A DNA stretch of 60,514 nt, from IMG/VR virus record IMGVR_UViG_3300031951_000164, positions 1 through 60,514 of that record; one strand, given 5' to 3'. Both the position numbers and the translations under genes were made by a program. Below the pieces are notes generated by a model. It had not been told where the DNA came from. It was given only the letters and a program-made list of their open reading frames with translations, and did no database searches. Below, piece by piece: positions 1 through 7,868 of the stretch (position 1 is the stretch's first letter; every line of letters begins with the position of its first letter). This DNA is from a virus. Its lineage: Duplodnaviria > Caudoviricetes.

Positions 1-109
1 TCCTCAAGAAAGCGAAAACCCACATCAACAAAAGAAGAACGCAAGCTGGAATCAAAAGAAGCCCACTAGCCAATGCTCTCACTAGCTGATCAAAAAAACT
101 ACGTTGCAT
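1..109 (-). CDS. small membrane protein, runs off the window edge
   Basis: ATG overlaps upstream TGA (TGATG); MQRSFFDQLVRALASGLLLIPACVLLLLMWVFAFLR has one hydrophobic helix. Confidence 0.6.
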   Translation of the reverse strand, partial: MQRSFFDQLVRALASGLLLIPACVLLLLMWVFAFLR

Positions 110-498
110 CACAATTCCTCCCAGCGCATGCGCATCGCATCAACCGTTTTTTGAGGGACGCCATGGATTGATCCATAGTCTCCCTTTGCCTCAAGAATCT
201 CCAACTCTACTCCCAGTTCTTTCGCAAGTTTTCGATACGGTTCCATCTCCCACTTTCGCGTGAACGTGTTAGAGACAACAACCGAAGAACCGTTCTTAAG
301 AGCATCACGCGCTTCAGAGAAACACCAAGTATGCGCATCCTCAAGCTCAGTCGGCTCAAACCTGTAGTTGCCAGAAGCATCCACAAAATACTGATCAGCC
401 TCGAAGTGATACAAAGAGGGATCAGCCTCAACCATCGCTTTCGCCATGGTAGACTTTCCAGCCCCAGGAAGACCGCGAATCAACATCAGCTTCGGCAT
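109..498 (-). CDS. P-loop kinase (AAA_33 / polynucleotide-kinase-like)
   Basis: RGLPGAGKST Walker A, EADQYF, VVVSNTF and HGVP motifs. Confidence 0.85.
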   Translation of the reverse strand: MPKLMLIRGLPGAGKSTMAKAMVEADPSLYHFEADQYFVDASGNYRFEPTELEDAHTWCFSEARDALKNGSSVVVSNTFTRKWEMEPYRKLAKELGVELEILEAKGDYGSIHGVPQKTVDAMRMRWEEL

Positions 499-525
499 AC
501 ACAGTTCCTCTCAATCAAGGCAATC

Positions 526-554
526 ATTATACACTAGAGGCAGTTGAAAGTAAA
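526..554 (-). promoter_or_regulatory. sigma70-type early promoter
   Basis: TTTACT-17 bp-TATAAT upstream of the kinase. Confidence 0.75.
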
Positions 555-727
555 GCTGAATTTTGCTCCAAGTCATCAGCCACATTGTCATCATACAAAT
601 ACGCCAAAGTGTTCCACACGCTGGCACGAACACTGTATTCCTTGCGGAAGGTTGAGTACCAATCGCGGAACCAGATTCCATCACCATTGGATTCTGCGTA
701 GTCTTCGGCTCGAGTCAAGAAGTTCAT
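527..727 (-). CDS. hypothetical protein
   Basis: 66 aa ORF, TAATG coupling to upstream gene. Confidence 0.6.
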   Translation of the reverse strand: MNFLTRAEDYAESNGDGIWFRDWYSTFRKEYSVRASVWNTLAYLYDDNVADDLEQNSALLSTASSV

Positions 728-966
728 TACACTACATCTCCCTTGAATTTAATGGGTTTGATATCATTGCGATGCACCAGCTCCCACCTGCCGTCTTCCG
801 GTATCTCAACCAGATACTGTTCGTCGAAACAGTTGTAGTCGCGGATTCGCACCGTTGTCTCGTCGGTGTGATATCGACCATCATAGTCCACCCAGATAGC
901 CAATGCACCCTTCTCGAGGATGATCGGGGTAATAACAACCTTGGCTTTCGTTTTCGTCTTTTTCAT
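727..966 (-). CDS. hypothetical protein
   Basis: 79 aa ORF in a packed early operon. Confidence 0.6.
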   Translation of the reverse strand: MKKTKTKAKVVITPIILEKGALAIWVDYDGRYHTDETTVRIRDYNCFDEQYLVEIPEDGRWELVHRNDIKPIKFKGDVV

Positions 967-967
967 C

Positions 968-1048
968 TTATTTCACCATCTGATAAGGTTTGTTCCAATC
1001 GCCGATACGGATGTCGTTGTACCAGCCCACATCGAAGTAGTCGGTCAT
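968..1048 (-). pseudogene. 26 aa mini-ORF, probable C-terminal remnant of a conserved phage protein
   Basis: MTDYFDVGWYNDIRIGDWNKPYQMVK, in frame after the TGA of 1061..1249. Confidence 0.45.
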
Positions 1049-1060
1049 CTCACAAAACCC

Positions 1061-1249
1061 TCAGCGATTATACAGTTCGCAATCTTTGCCATTCTTACCC
1101 ATAGTGATCATATCATACCAAACGATTTCCCAATCGTCCGATACAATCTTCGCTCTAGCATCCGCCAACTTCTTGGTAGGATAGACGCCGCAGATCACGC
1201 TCTCAGGCGCACCACGATTCTCAGCGCGGACGATATACATTTTGCTCAT
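1061..1249 (-). CDS. hypothetical protein
   Basis: 62 aa ORF with GVYPTKKLA motif typical of small phage proteins. Confidence 0.65.
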   Translation of the reverse strand: MSKMYIVRAENRGAPESVICGVYPTKKLADARAKIVSDDWEIVWYDMITMGKNGKDCELYNR

Positions 1250-1250
1250 C

Positions 1251-1559
1251 TTACATGCTCCAGTAGGTTTCGGACGAAGGATCGCAGCAAAGGGGAGTGT
1301 CAGACGCGATCTCCACCTCTTTGCCGCTCATCAGGTTAACAACCTTGCGCGTCTTCGGCTTGACCCGCTTCTCGAGGCTGTCGAGGAACAGCTGACGCTT
1401 GCCGACGGGCAGCAGCTCCAGCGCATTCACCAGCGCCGACTGCAGATAGCCAGCCGTGTAGGCGTAGTTGTCGTCGCGACCAGTGTCTTTGATCAACAAG
1501 TCAGCAATAGCAGTCACGCGGGATTCGGTCGAGCGAGGGTCAATCTTTACACGAGCCAT
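1251..1559 (-). CDS. conserved hypothetical early protein
   Basis: C-terminal VVNLMSGKEVEI...TPLCCDPSSETYWSM; GGAG SD; first gene after promoter cassette 1. Confidence 0.8.
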   Translation of the reverse strand: MARVKIDPRSTESRVTAIADLLIKDTGRDDNYAYTAGYLQSALVNALELLPVGKRQLFLDSLEKRVKPKTRKVVNLMSGKEVEIASDTPLCCDPSSETYWSM

Positions 1560-1591
1560 TTCAGTCTCCAGTTCATCAAGTCAACGAGGGT

Positions 1592-1856
1592 AGTATGACG
1601 GAGTTGGACCAAGATGTAAAGAAAAATGATTCTAGGAAAATCAATGACTTAACAGAGGGTTCGCCTAAGTCATTGATTTGTAAGGGGATGTGTGAATCGG
1701 TAATTTTACGCTTTTTGCTACGGCAAGATCCAGTGGGTAATTCCCGCCATCAGCCTGCAGTTTTTAAGTGAATTTGCATAAGTCATTGATTTGTATAGAG
1801 AAAGTCTTGCAAGTGAACATAAGAAGGATGTTGCTAAGTCATTGATTCATAAGGAA
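1592..1856 (-). repeat. promoter/IHF-site cassette, copy 1 (full)
   Basis: TTTACA-17-CATACT promoter (1592-1620); WATCAANNNNTTR sites at 1639, 1666, 1779, 1835; CGGTAATTTTACGCTTTT box at 1698. Confidence 0.85.
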
Positions 1857-1859
1857 ATT

Positions 1860-1935
1860 TGGTGGGGCTGACAGGACTTGAACCTGTAACCTGCCGATTA
1901 TGAGTCGGAAGCTCTGACCATTGAGCTACAGCCCC
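1860..1935 (-). tRNA. tRNA with CAT anticodon, most likely Ile2 (lysidine, reads AUA)
   Basis: 76 nt cloverleaf GGGGCTG...CAGCCCCACCA; anticodon arm CCGACTCATAATCGG resembles bacterial Ile2; encoded CCA. Confidence 0.85.
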
Positions 1936-1942
1936 GTGACTC

Positions 1943-2545
1943 TTATTTGTAGTACCAGTCATCCCAACGGGAGACGCGAATATCAAACCTCTTGTATCCC
2001 TTCTCCGTCAAGAACCGATAAATCTGCTCTCGCTCAGGCAACCAGTTGTGTTCAACAGTGATCGTGTCTACTTGGTACTTGTTCCAGTCTAAGCTCTTGA
2101 GAATTTCATACTCGCCGCCTTCGGTATCAACGCTCATGTATTCTATGTGGTTGGGGGCGTTGTACAGCTCAAGAAGATCATTAAGAGAGATGGACATAAC
2201 TTTGAAGGAGTTCTGATATGAAGCGCTCTCGCTCTTGTATTGTTCAATGCAAGAAACAAGACCAATGTCAACATCACCTGAATCCAGGAACGTTAAGAGC
2301 TTGCCAGTTTCTGGTGTAACGCACTGAGTGTTTATGTGACAGTTTCGTTGGTTGAACAGAGTCTTATGATGTTTGACCAACGGCTCGCACAAAATACCAT
2401 TCCAACCAAACTCTCGCTCTAGGAGGCAAGTGTTCGAGAATGTTGTACCATCGCTGGCACCAAACTCCACAAAGAATCCATTTCTTTTGTTGTTGAGTTG
2501 TCCCAGAACCCACAAGTCCTGTTTAATCTGTGCATAACTTTCCAT
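1943..2545 (-). CDS. FkbM-family (Methyltransf_21) SAM methyltransferase
   Basis: FFVEFGASDG..SNT, WNGILCEP, YMSVDTEGGE and TVEHN motifs. Confidence 0.85.
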   Translation of the reverse strand: MESYAQIKQDLWVLGQLNNKRNGFFVEFGASDGTTFSNTCLLEREFGWNGILCEPLVKHHKTLFNQRNCHINTQCVTPETGKLLTFLDSGDVDIGLVSCIEQYKSESASYQNSFKVMSISLNDLLELYNAPNHIEYMSVDTEGGEYEILKSLDWNKYQVDTITVEHNWLPEREQIYRFLTEKGYKRFDIRVSRWDDWYYK

Positions 2546-2564
2546 AACATTCTCCCTTAGTTGT

Positions 2565-2649
2565 TGGTGCGAGTGGCGGGACTTGAACCCGCAAGCCCGA
2601 GGGCGGCAAATTTTAAGTCTGCAGTGTATACCGATTCCACCACACTCGC
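2565..2649 (-). tRNA. tRNA-Leu(TAA)
   Basis: 85 nt, long variable arm, anticodon loop CTTAAAA, GTTCAAGTC T-loop, CCA. Confidence 0.92.
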
Positions 2650-2653
2650 TGAT

Positions 2654-2730
2654 TGGCGATCCTGGAGGGATTCGAACCCCCGACCATCTGCTTAGAAGGC
2701 AGATGCTCTATCCTACTGAGCTACAGGATC
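2654..2730 (-). tRNA. tRNA-Arg(TCT)
   Basis: 77 nt GATCCTG...CAGGATCGCCA, anticodon loop CTTCTAA. Confidence 0.92.
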
Positions 2731-2899
2731 AACGATCGTCTTCTTTAACATCATACTTGCCGTTCTTATATGCGGCGCGAGTGTTCGGTTGAAACGTGTT
2801 AGCCTGTCTCGGCTTCTGTTTCTTCTTAGAGGTCTTGTACTCATCACGACCCCACTCATCATACTCGTAAGATTCCCTCTGGTCCTTACGTTTCGCCAT
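2729..2899 (-). CDS. small charged hypothetical protein (56 aa, not in ORF track)
   Basis: MAKRKDQRESYEYDEWGRDEYK...EDDR; TGA overlaps the first bases of tRNA-Arg. Confidence 0.55.
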   Translation of the reverse strand: MAKRKDQRESYEYDEWGRDEYKTSKKKQKPRQANTFQPNTRAAYKNGKYDVKEDDR

Positions 2900-2922
2900 C
2901 GCACTTCTCTCTTCTTCTTAGG

Positions 2923-4005
2923 TTACTTAACAACACGGAGTATCACCGTGTCACCATTCATCCTGCCATTCAGCAAAGATTCTTTCGAATTGATTTCGGT
3001 CATCAGCTTCCGAAGCTCAACCTTGCCAGCGCCAAGCACCTGACTCAGAACCTTCTCTGGCTTTCTGAGCGTCTTGGCTATTGATGCTGCTTCAGAGTAA
3101 TTAGTCAGGCTGCTGCCCTTGATACCGATACCCGCAGGGCTGTTTGTGTGATAAACTCCCAGCTTGCGCGTCTTGGTGTTGTAGACCCAGACCTGCGAAG
3201 CACCAAGAACGTTGGTCGGCTCTACGGACTTGATCTTCAGCTTGTCATCAGATTGCTTATACTTCAACTTGCTGACAACCTTATCAGCCGAAACAGTCTT
3301 CTTGGCTCGCGGCTTTCGAGCTGCCTTCTGATTGGTCATCAGGCGTTCGGCATCTTTGATGATGTTAGCCATGAAAGCAATAAGACCACGAAGACGAGTC
3401 TTGCTGTACGTTGAGTATGCTTCAGCGAGTTCTTCGTCTTTACCACTCTCCGCGATCAGCGGTTCGCGGACTTTTTCGCGGAAATACTCGGAGATGGCTT
3501 TGGCATGAGCTGGTTTCACGCCCACAGTTTGCATCCAATCATAAGGATTGAACTTGTCTTCACTCTTAGGTGTCAGAACGTAATCGTCAATGGCTCCCTC
3601 AAGCTCAGAGATAAAATAATCAATGCGATTCTTGATGCCTTCTTCGATCTTGGCTCGAGTTTCAGCAGGAGTCTGTGATACAGCAGCAGGAATAATTCGC
3701 CCGACTCTTGCATTGAAGTCGTCTTGCATTTTCTGAATGGAGTTCAGATGTTTCTCAGAATGTTTGAACCCGCGAGCAATCATTCGTTTGGCAGCAGCCA
3801 GAGTCTGGTAGAACTGAGCGATATTGGGTTCGCAGTTCAACACCTTAGCCGCCCACTTATTATCAGTGTGAGTGTTGTACCAATTGAGCGTATTCATAAT
3901 AATGAGCTCTGGCGTAAGCTCTTCAGAATTCCAAGAAGGTTCATACTTCTTGGCTTCATTCATCTTGGCGCGAACAGCGTCTTTACGAGTCTTCTTCTCA
4001 GTCAT
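2923..4005 (-). CDS. conserved hypothetical protein of T4-like phages
   Basis: 360 aa, has its own early promoter, basic C-terminal VWVYNTKTRKLG...KTLRKPE domain. Confidence 0.75.
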   Translation of the reverse strand: MTEKKTRKDAVRAKMNEAKKYEPSWNSEELTPELIIMNTLNWYNTHTDNKWAAKVLNCEPNIAQFYQTLAAAKRMIARGFKHSEKHLNSIQKMQDDFNARVGRIIPAAVSQTPAETRAKIEEGIKNRIDYFISELEGAIDDYVLTPKSEDKFNPYDWMQTVGVKPAHAKAISEYFREKVREPLIAESGKDEELAEAYSTYSKTRLRGLIAFMANIIKDAERLMTNQKAARKPRAKKTVSADKVVSKLKYKQSDDKLKIKSVEPTNVLGASQVWVYNTKTRKLGVYHTNSPAGIGIKGSSLTNYSEAASIAKTLRKPEKVLSQVLGAGKVELRKLMTEINSKESLLNGRMNGDTVILRVVK

Positions 4006-4036
4006 GATATGCTCGGAAGTTCAAGTCAATGAGGAT

Positions 4037-4065
4037 ATGATACGCTCATAGAAGTTGAAAGTAAA
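4037..4065 (-). promoter_or_regulatory. sigma70-type early promoter
   Basis: TTTACT-17-TATCAT. Confidence 0.7.
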
Positions 4066-4079
4066 GTTGAATTTTCAAC

Positions 4080-4361
4080 TTAACCCCAAAGGACCTGTTT
4101 TGCGGCTTGCAGGTGAGCTGGAGCGAATTCAATGAGCGAGTCAACACGGAAAGACCGCCATGCGTTCACATCAAGATCCCAAACCGAAACGTTGTTGCGT
4201 TCTACTTCATTAAGAAGCATGCCCTTGCCCTGATAGTCCTCAGGGAGATAGTGATCGATCAGCGTACAGCGCATGACTCGCTCCGAGCCATCTGCTTTCT
4301 TGAACTTTGCTATGCAGACGCTGTTCTTAAGATCTTGAATAACTTCATTCACATTATACAT
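4080..4361 (-). CDS. WYL_2 / SH3-like beta-barrel protein
   Basis: FKKADGSERVMRCTL...VWDLDVNAWRSFR motif; AAGGAG SD before ATG at 4361. Confidence 0.75.
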   Translation of the reverse strand: MYNVNEVIQDLKNSVCIAKFKKADGSERVMRCTLIDHYLPEDYQGKGMLLNEVERNNVSVWDLDVNAWRSFRVDSLIEFAPAHLQAAKQVLWG

Positions 4362-4734
4362 TTGGAATTTCTCCTTTCGTAAAAATCTTCTGATAAAGTT
4401 CAACCAACTTCGACCCCCACTCGGAAGTCTTCACAACACAACCCATTTCTCTTGCGCGCATACAATTGTTCACATATGTGACTGGATCGCCAAGGATCGC
4501 TTCAAATATAGAGACGTCTAAGTTTTCATTGAGCACGCATATTGTATATTTACATCCAAGTTCTTTCTCTTGAAATGTGACGTCGTCTGGTGCCGTAAAG
4601 AAGTTCAATGACCAAACATCTGTTCGTTCTCCATTTTCTTTTTTTATGTCAGAAATAAAGAAGGTGACTGCATCGAAACCTCCTCCAATTTTGTCTGTCT
4701 CGATTCCGCCATAGTGGATCGTGTCTTTTGTCAT
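4354..4734 (-). CDS. hypothetical protein
   Basis: ORF with GGGAGG SD before ATG at 4734. Confidence 0.65.
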   Translation of the reverse strand: MTKDTIHYGGIETDKIGGGFDAVTFFISDIKKENGERTDVWSLNFFTAPDDVTFQEKELGCKYTICVLNENLDVSIFEAILGDPVTYVNNCMRAREMGCVVKTSEWGSKLVELYQKIFTKGEIPNV

Positions 4735-4809
4735 TTTTCCTCCCAACAACAGCAACTATTATAGTCGCGATGATGATGAAAATAAAGTTGTTTTTCTTGA
4801 AAGTTTCAC

Positions 4810-4856
4810 TTTACTTTGTCAACCAACTTCGGTATAATCATACTGTCGGTTTAAGG
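4810..4856 (+). promoter_or_regulatory. plus-strand sigma70-type promoter antisense to the RuvC-like gene
   Basis: TTTACT-17-TATAAT then CATACTGTCGGTTTAAGG; near-identical block at 53497-53525. Confidence 0.65.
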
Positions 4857-5411
4857 ATTATTATAATTATAGAGTGCAAGATAATATGCATCAACAATAT
4901 CAGAGACAGGATTACCGATGCTCGCTTTCTTTGGGCTGATAATTTTGTTGATGTCTGGGTTACCTGCTGCTAGGAAAGAAGCATACATAGCATCTTTGTT
5001 TGAATTACCTTTTCCAGTAGCGAACTTCTTCAGAACAGTAGGAGCTATGGTATTAAATATATATTTGTTCTCCCAGAGCTTATGCTTCAGCAACCCGCAG
5101 TTCTCGGCTAAGTTAAAGACCCTACCTTTTGAACCAAATGAATAATCTTCGAGGGTGATATGAAAGCTACAATCTTCTGCCAATTCTTTCAACAGCTTCA
5201 TGAAATGATTGCTTATATGATCATGCCGTTCTTGGTCTACTATGTAATCAGAATGTAGATCTCCCCTGACATTAGGAAGTAACATTCCAGTGTTGCGCTT
5301 TTCAGATGTGAGAAAATAAAAGGAAGAACCCTCAAACGAAGGTTCTTCCATCAGACACATGCATGGCGATGTAAGAGAGTAGTCGATTCCGACGTTAATC
5401 TTCTTCTTCAA
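4851..5411 (-). CDS. RuvC-like Holliday junction resolvase
   Basis: GIDYSLTSP, LEDYSFG, PTVLKKFATGKGNSNK and DIVDAYY acidic motifs. Confidence 0.85.
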   Translation of the reverse strand: MKKKINVGIDYSLTSPCMCLMEEPSFEGSSFYFLTSEKRNTGMLLPNVRGDLHSDYIVDQERHDHISNHFMKLLKELAEDCSFHITLEDYSFGSKGRVFNLAENCGLLKHKLWENKYIFNTIAPTVLKKFATGKGNSNKDAMYASFLAAGNPDINKIISPKKASIGNPVSDIVDAYYLALYNYNNP

Positions 5412-5598
5412 TGTTGAACTCTTTTATATAATCCTCTAGTTCTTCGAACTCATCCTTTTCAAAAACTCTTACATCCTCAAGTGGCTGAGAACAAAACGGG
5501 CAAACCTCGGGCATACCTGCTTCCTCTGTGTAGAACAATTGTACATCTATTGCGTCACAGAAGTCACATGATATTGATGCGCGTTTGTCGTATTTCAT
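5395..5598 (-). CDS. zinc-ribbon protein with acidic tail
   Basis: CDFC...CPFC. Confidence 0.7.
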   Translation of the reverse strand: MKYDKRASISCDFCDAIDVQLFYTEEAGMPEVCPFCSQPLEDVRVFEKDEFEELEDYIKEFNIEEED

Positions 5599-5617
5599 CT
5601 TTCTAACCTCTATATAG

Positions 5618-7471
5618 TTACTTTACTTCGCACGCACCTCCAGCGCATGCTGCTTGGTCTGTTAATGCTGTATTGTCATCATACTCATGAACGACAGACA
5701 GATCGATATCATGAAGGTGTTGCACCATCCCGTCGAATGTTTCCTTCGTGCAATCCTCGAACGGAGCCTGCACATATGTTCCACCATCATAAGGAAGAAC
5801 TGAGATACCAGTGTAATTATCTTGGTTGTCCCACATCCATTCGCCGACAGATTCCCATTCCTCTTCTCTAAGAGATATAGTACAAGAGACGTTATGAAAG
5901 TTATCACCAGAACGATGACCAGTGCGCACCCACTCTAGGTTGAATTTCTTCACGCGCTCGAGAAGATCCATTGCGCTTTCATTACGCAGGATGGCTCCTT
6001 CTGGCGCTTTCTGAGGAATAGAAAGAACAGCTTCAAGGTGCGGCTTGAATACACAATCCTCCACTAGGGTTGGGAAGTTCTGTTTGATGTAACCATACAT
6101 TGCTTCATTTTTACCAACGCGCATACGACGAATGTAATAATCATTGTGCCAGGCATGAATACCAGAAGAAGAACCAACAACAAGCGAAGTAGTTCCTGAA
6201 GGTTTGATCGTGGTCGTTCTTGCGGCTGGATTAATTCCGAGCGCCTTAGCGAGATCTTCATTGGTTTTCTTAACAACTTCAGCAGCCTCGACCAGATCCA
6301 AAGAAAGAACAGCGGCACTAGCAATACCTGTCTGACCAACGCCGATAAGTGCTTCGGCTTCGGTTGTTTCTCTCCAAATGCTACGAAGATAGTGGAAGTC
6401 AGTATATCCAGCCTGAAGCGTACCAATGAATGCAGCAGCTGCAGAACGACTATTCAGATCCTCCTGATCAACGACGTCTGATACGTTGATTTCTGTTAAA
6501 TTGCAGAACTGGTGAGGTTTGAGAGATATCTCGGCGCAGGGGTTGGTGAACAAATCGTAGTCATTAGTCCAGAATATTCCTGGTTCGCCCGCACCTGACA
6601 TTCTCACTAGATCCCAGATGTGCTCGAATTGTTCTTTGGTAACTTCACCACGCTTGAGTACAACGCTGTTGTTTGCTCTTCCGCGCTGCGGCGCAGTTTC
6701 CCACCACGCTCCAGACTTGCATGAAAGCATATCGTAATCGTCGATATCGAAGCCAGCAATCATAGCGGCGCGGCGAATGCCTCCAGCGAGAACAGCATCA
6801 GCAATAAAGCAATTAATGTCGTGGACTTCGATGGGCTTGAGCTTACGCCCGATTGCATTGTTGAGAACCTGACGAATTTGATCGAGGCAAATACGAAGAG
6901 GGTCGGGACCAGGAGCCTTGCCGCCGCTGGTAACAAGGAGTGCGCCTTTCGGACGAATATCGCGGAAGTCGAATACTGGATCAGATTTACCTGTCGTGTA
7001 TGCCTTTATAAGGATCTTGACTGCATCAGCCCAGCCTTCAATTGAGTCGCCAACGAGAAACCTTCTTGTCTTTTCTGTCGGACCAACAACTACAGGCAAT
7101 TTGTCTACATGTCGTTTCTGTACCGAGTAGCCAACGCCAGTGCCACCAAGAAGAAGAAACATTAACTCAGCAAAAGCAAATGGATGTTCCATAGGCATAT
7201 ATGCACAGTTGAAGACGCGCGAGTTAGACAGTTCAATAGGCATTCCAGCAAATTGCATAGAACGCATGGATGGAAGAACTTTTTTATTATAAACGAAATT
7301 CTTGTATACGTTACGAATCTGACTCTTTATCTCTGGATATCTGCGAACGTGCATAGCCATGTTACGATCGCAGAGCTCTTCCCAAGTTTCTCTACGTTGA
7401 ATCTCTGGAATGAATTTGGCATACTTATTGAAAACGACGATGTCTGACAAAATAGACTGAGTTACATCCAT
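5618..7471 (-). CDS. nrdJ: class II (adenosylcobalamin-dependent) ribonucleotide reductase
   Basis: LPSMR, RRAA, TNPCAEISL, CNLTE, KPSGT and C-terminal CAGGAC; no beta-subunit gene nearby. Confidence 0.92.
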   Translation of the reverse strand: MDVTQSILSDIVVFNKYAKFIPEIQRRETWEELCDRNMAMHVRRYPEIKSQIRNVYKNFVYNKKVLPSMRSMQFAGMPIELSNSRVFNCAYMPMEHPFAFAELMFLLLGGTGVGYSVQKRHVDKLPVVVGPTEKTRRFLVGDSIEGWADAVKILIKAYTTGKSDPVFDFRDIRPKGALLVTSGGKAPGPDPLRICLDQIRQVLNNAIGRKLKPIEVHDINCFIADAVLAGGIRRAAMIAGFDIDDYDMLSCKSGAWWETAPQRGRANNSVVLKRGEVTKEQFEHIWDLVRMSGAGEPGIFWTNDYDLFTNPCAEISLKPHQFCNLTEINVSDVVDQEDLNSRSAAAAFIGTLQAGYTDFHYLRSIWRETTEAEALIGVGQTGIASAAVLSLDLVEAAEVVKKTNEDLAKALGINPAARTTTIKPSGTTSLVVGSSSGIHAWHNDYYIRRMRVGKNEAMYGYIKQNFPTLVEDCVFKPHLEAVLSIPQKAPEGAILRNESAMDLLERVKKFNLEWVRTGHRSGDNFHNVSCTISLREEEWESVGEWMWDNQDNYTGISVLPYDGGTYVQAPFEDCTKETFDGMVQHLHDIDLSVVHEYDDNTALTDQAACAGGACEVK

Positions 7472-7485
7472 ACCATTCTCCTTAA

Positions 7486-7866
7486 TTAATTGTTGATTAT
7501 TGATGCGATGTCGGGCGGAGAATAGGTTTCTGGCTTTTGTACTTTACCGTCGGCTCTCTTCAACACTTTCCCGTTTTCCGAAATTTTAGACATGTTGCTG
7601 CGCGCAACTTCATCCCAGACTTTTTGCTGAGGAATCCCCAGCGTATGATTAAGACCTTGAATAACCCAGATTAAATCGGCGCAAGCGTCAGCGATTTCAA
7701 CGAGATCGGATTTACGCCAACCTTCCGAAAGCTCAGCGAACTCTTCGGCGATCAGCTTCATGTATAGCTCAGCTTGCTTTTCAGTCCATTCGTTCAAACA
7801 TGGCGTATCGATCACTTGTTGACTACAAGCAATCATAAAATTCTTCACATCATCTCGGGTGTTCAT
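7486..7866 (-). CDS. MazG-like nucleotide pyrophosphohydrolase (PRA-PH family)
   Basis: LIAEEFAEL, EIADACAD, EVARSNMSK and DGKVQKP motifs. Confidence 0.88.
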   Translation of the reverse strand: MNTRDDVKNFMIACSQQVIDTPCLNEWTEKQAELYMKLIAEEFAELSEGWRKSDLVEIADACADLIWVIQGLNHTLGIPQQKVWDEVARSNMSKISENGKVLKRADGKVQKPETYSPPDIASIINN

Positions 7867-7868
7867 AT

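Noticed and set aside
1639-1847. TAAGTCATTGATT repeats as a CRISPR array or attP site next to a tRNA
   Set aside because: Repeats are 13 bp, of mixed orientation and irregularly spaced; no cas or integrase genes in the window; they fit the IHF consensus
2713-2904. 63 aa minus-strand ORF from the track
   Set aside because: Runs 18 nt into tRNA-Arg; the alternative frame 2729..2899 fits better
5618-7471. Intron or intein in nrdJ (also checked gp43, gp41, uvsX)
   Set aside because: All are uninterrupted ORFs of ordinary length
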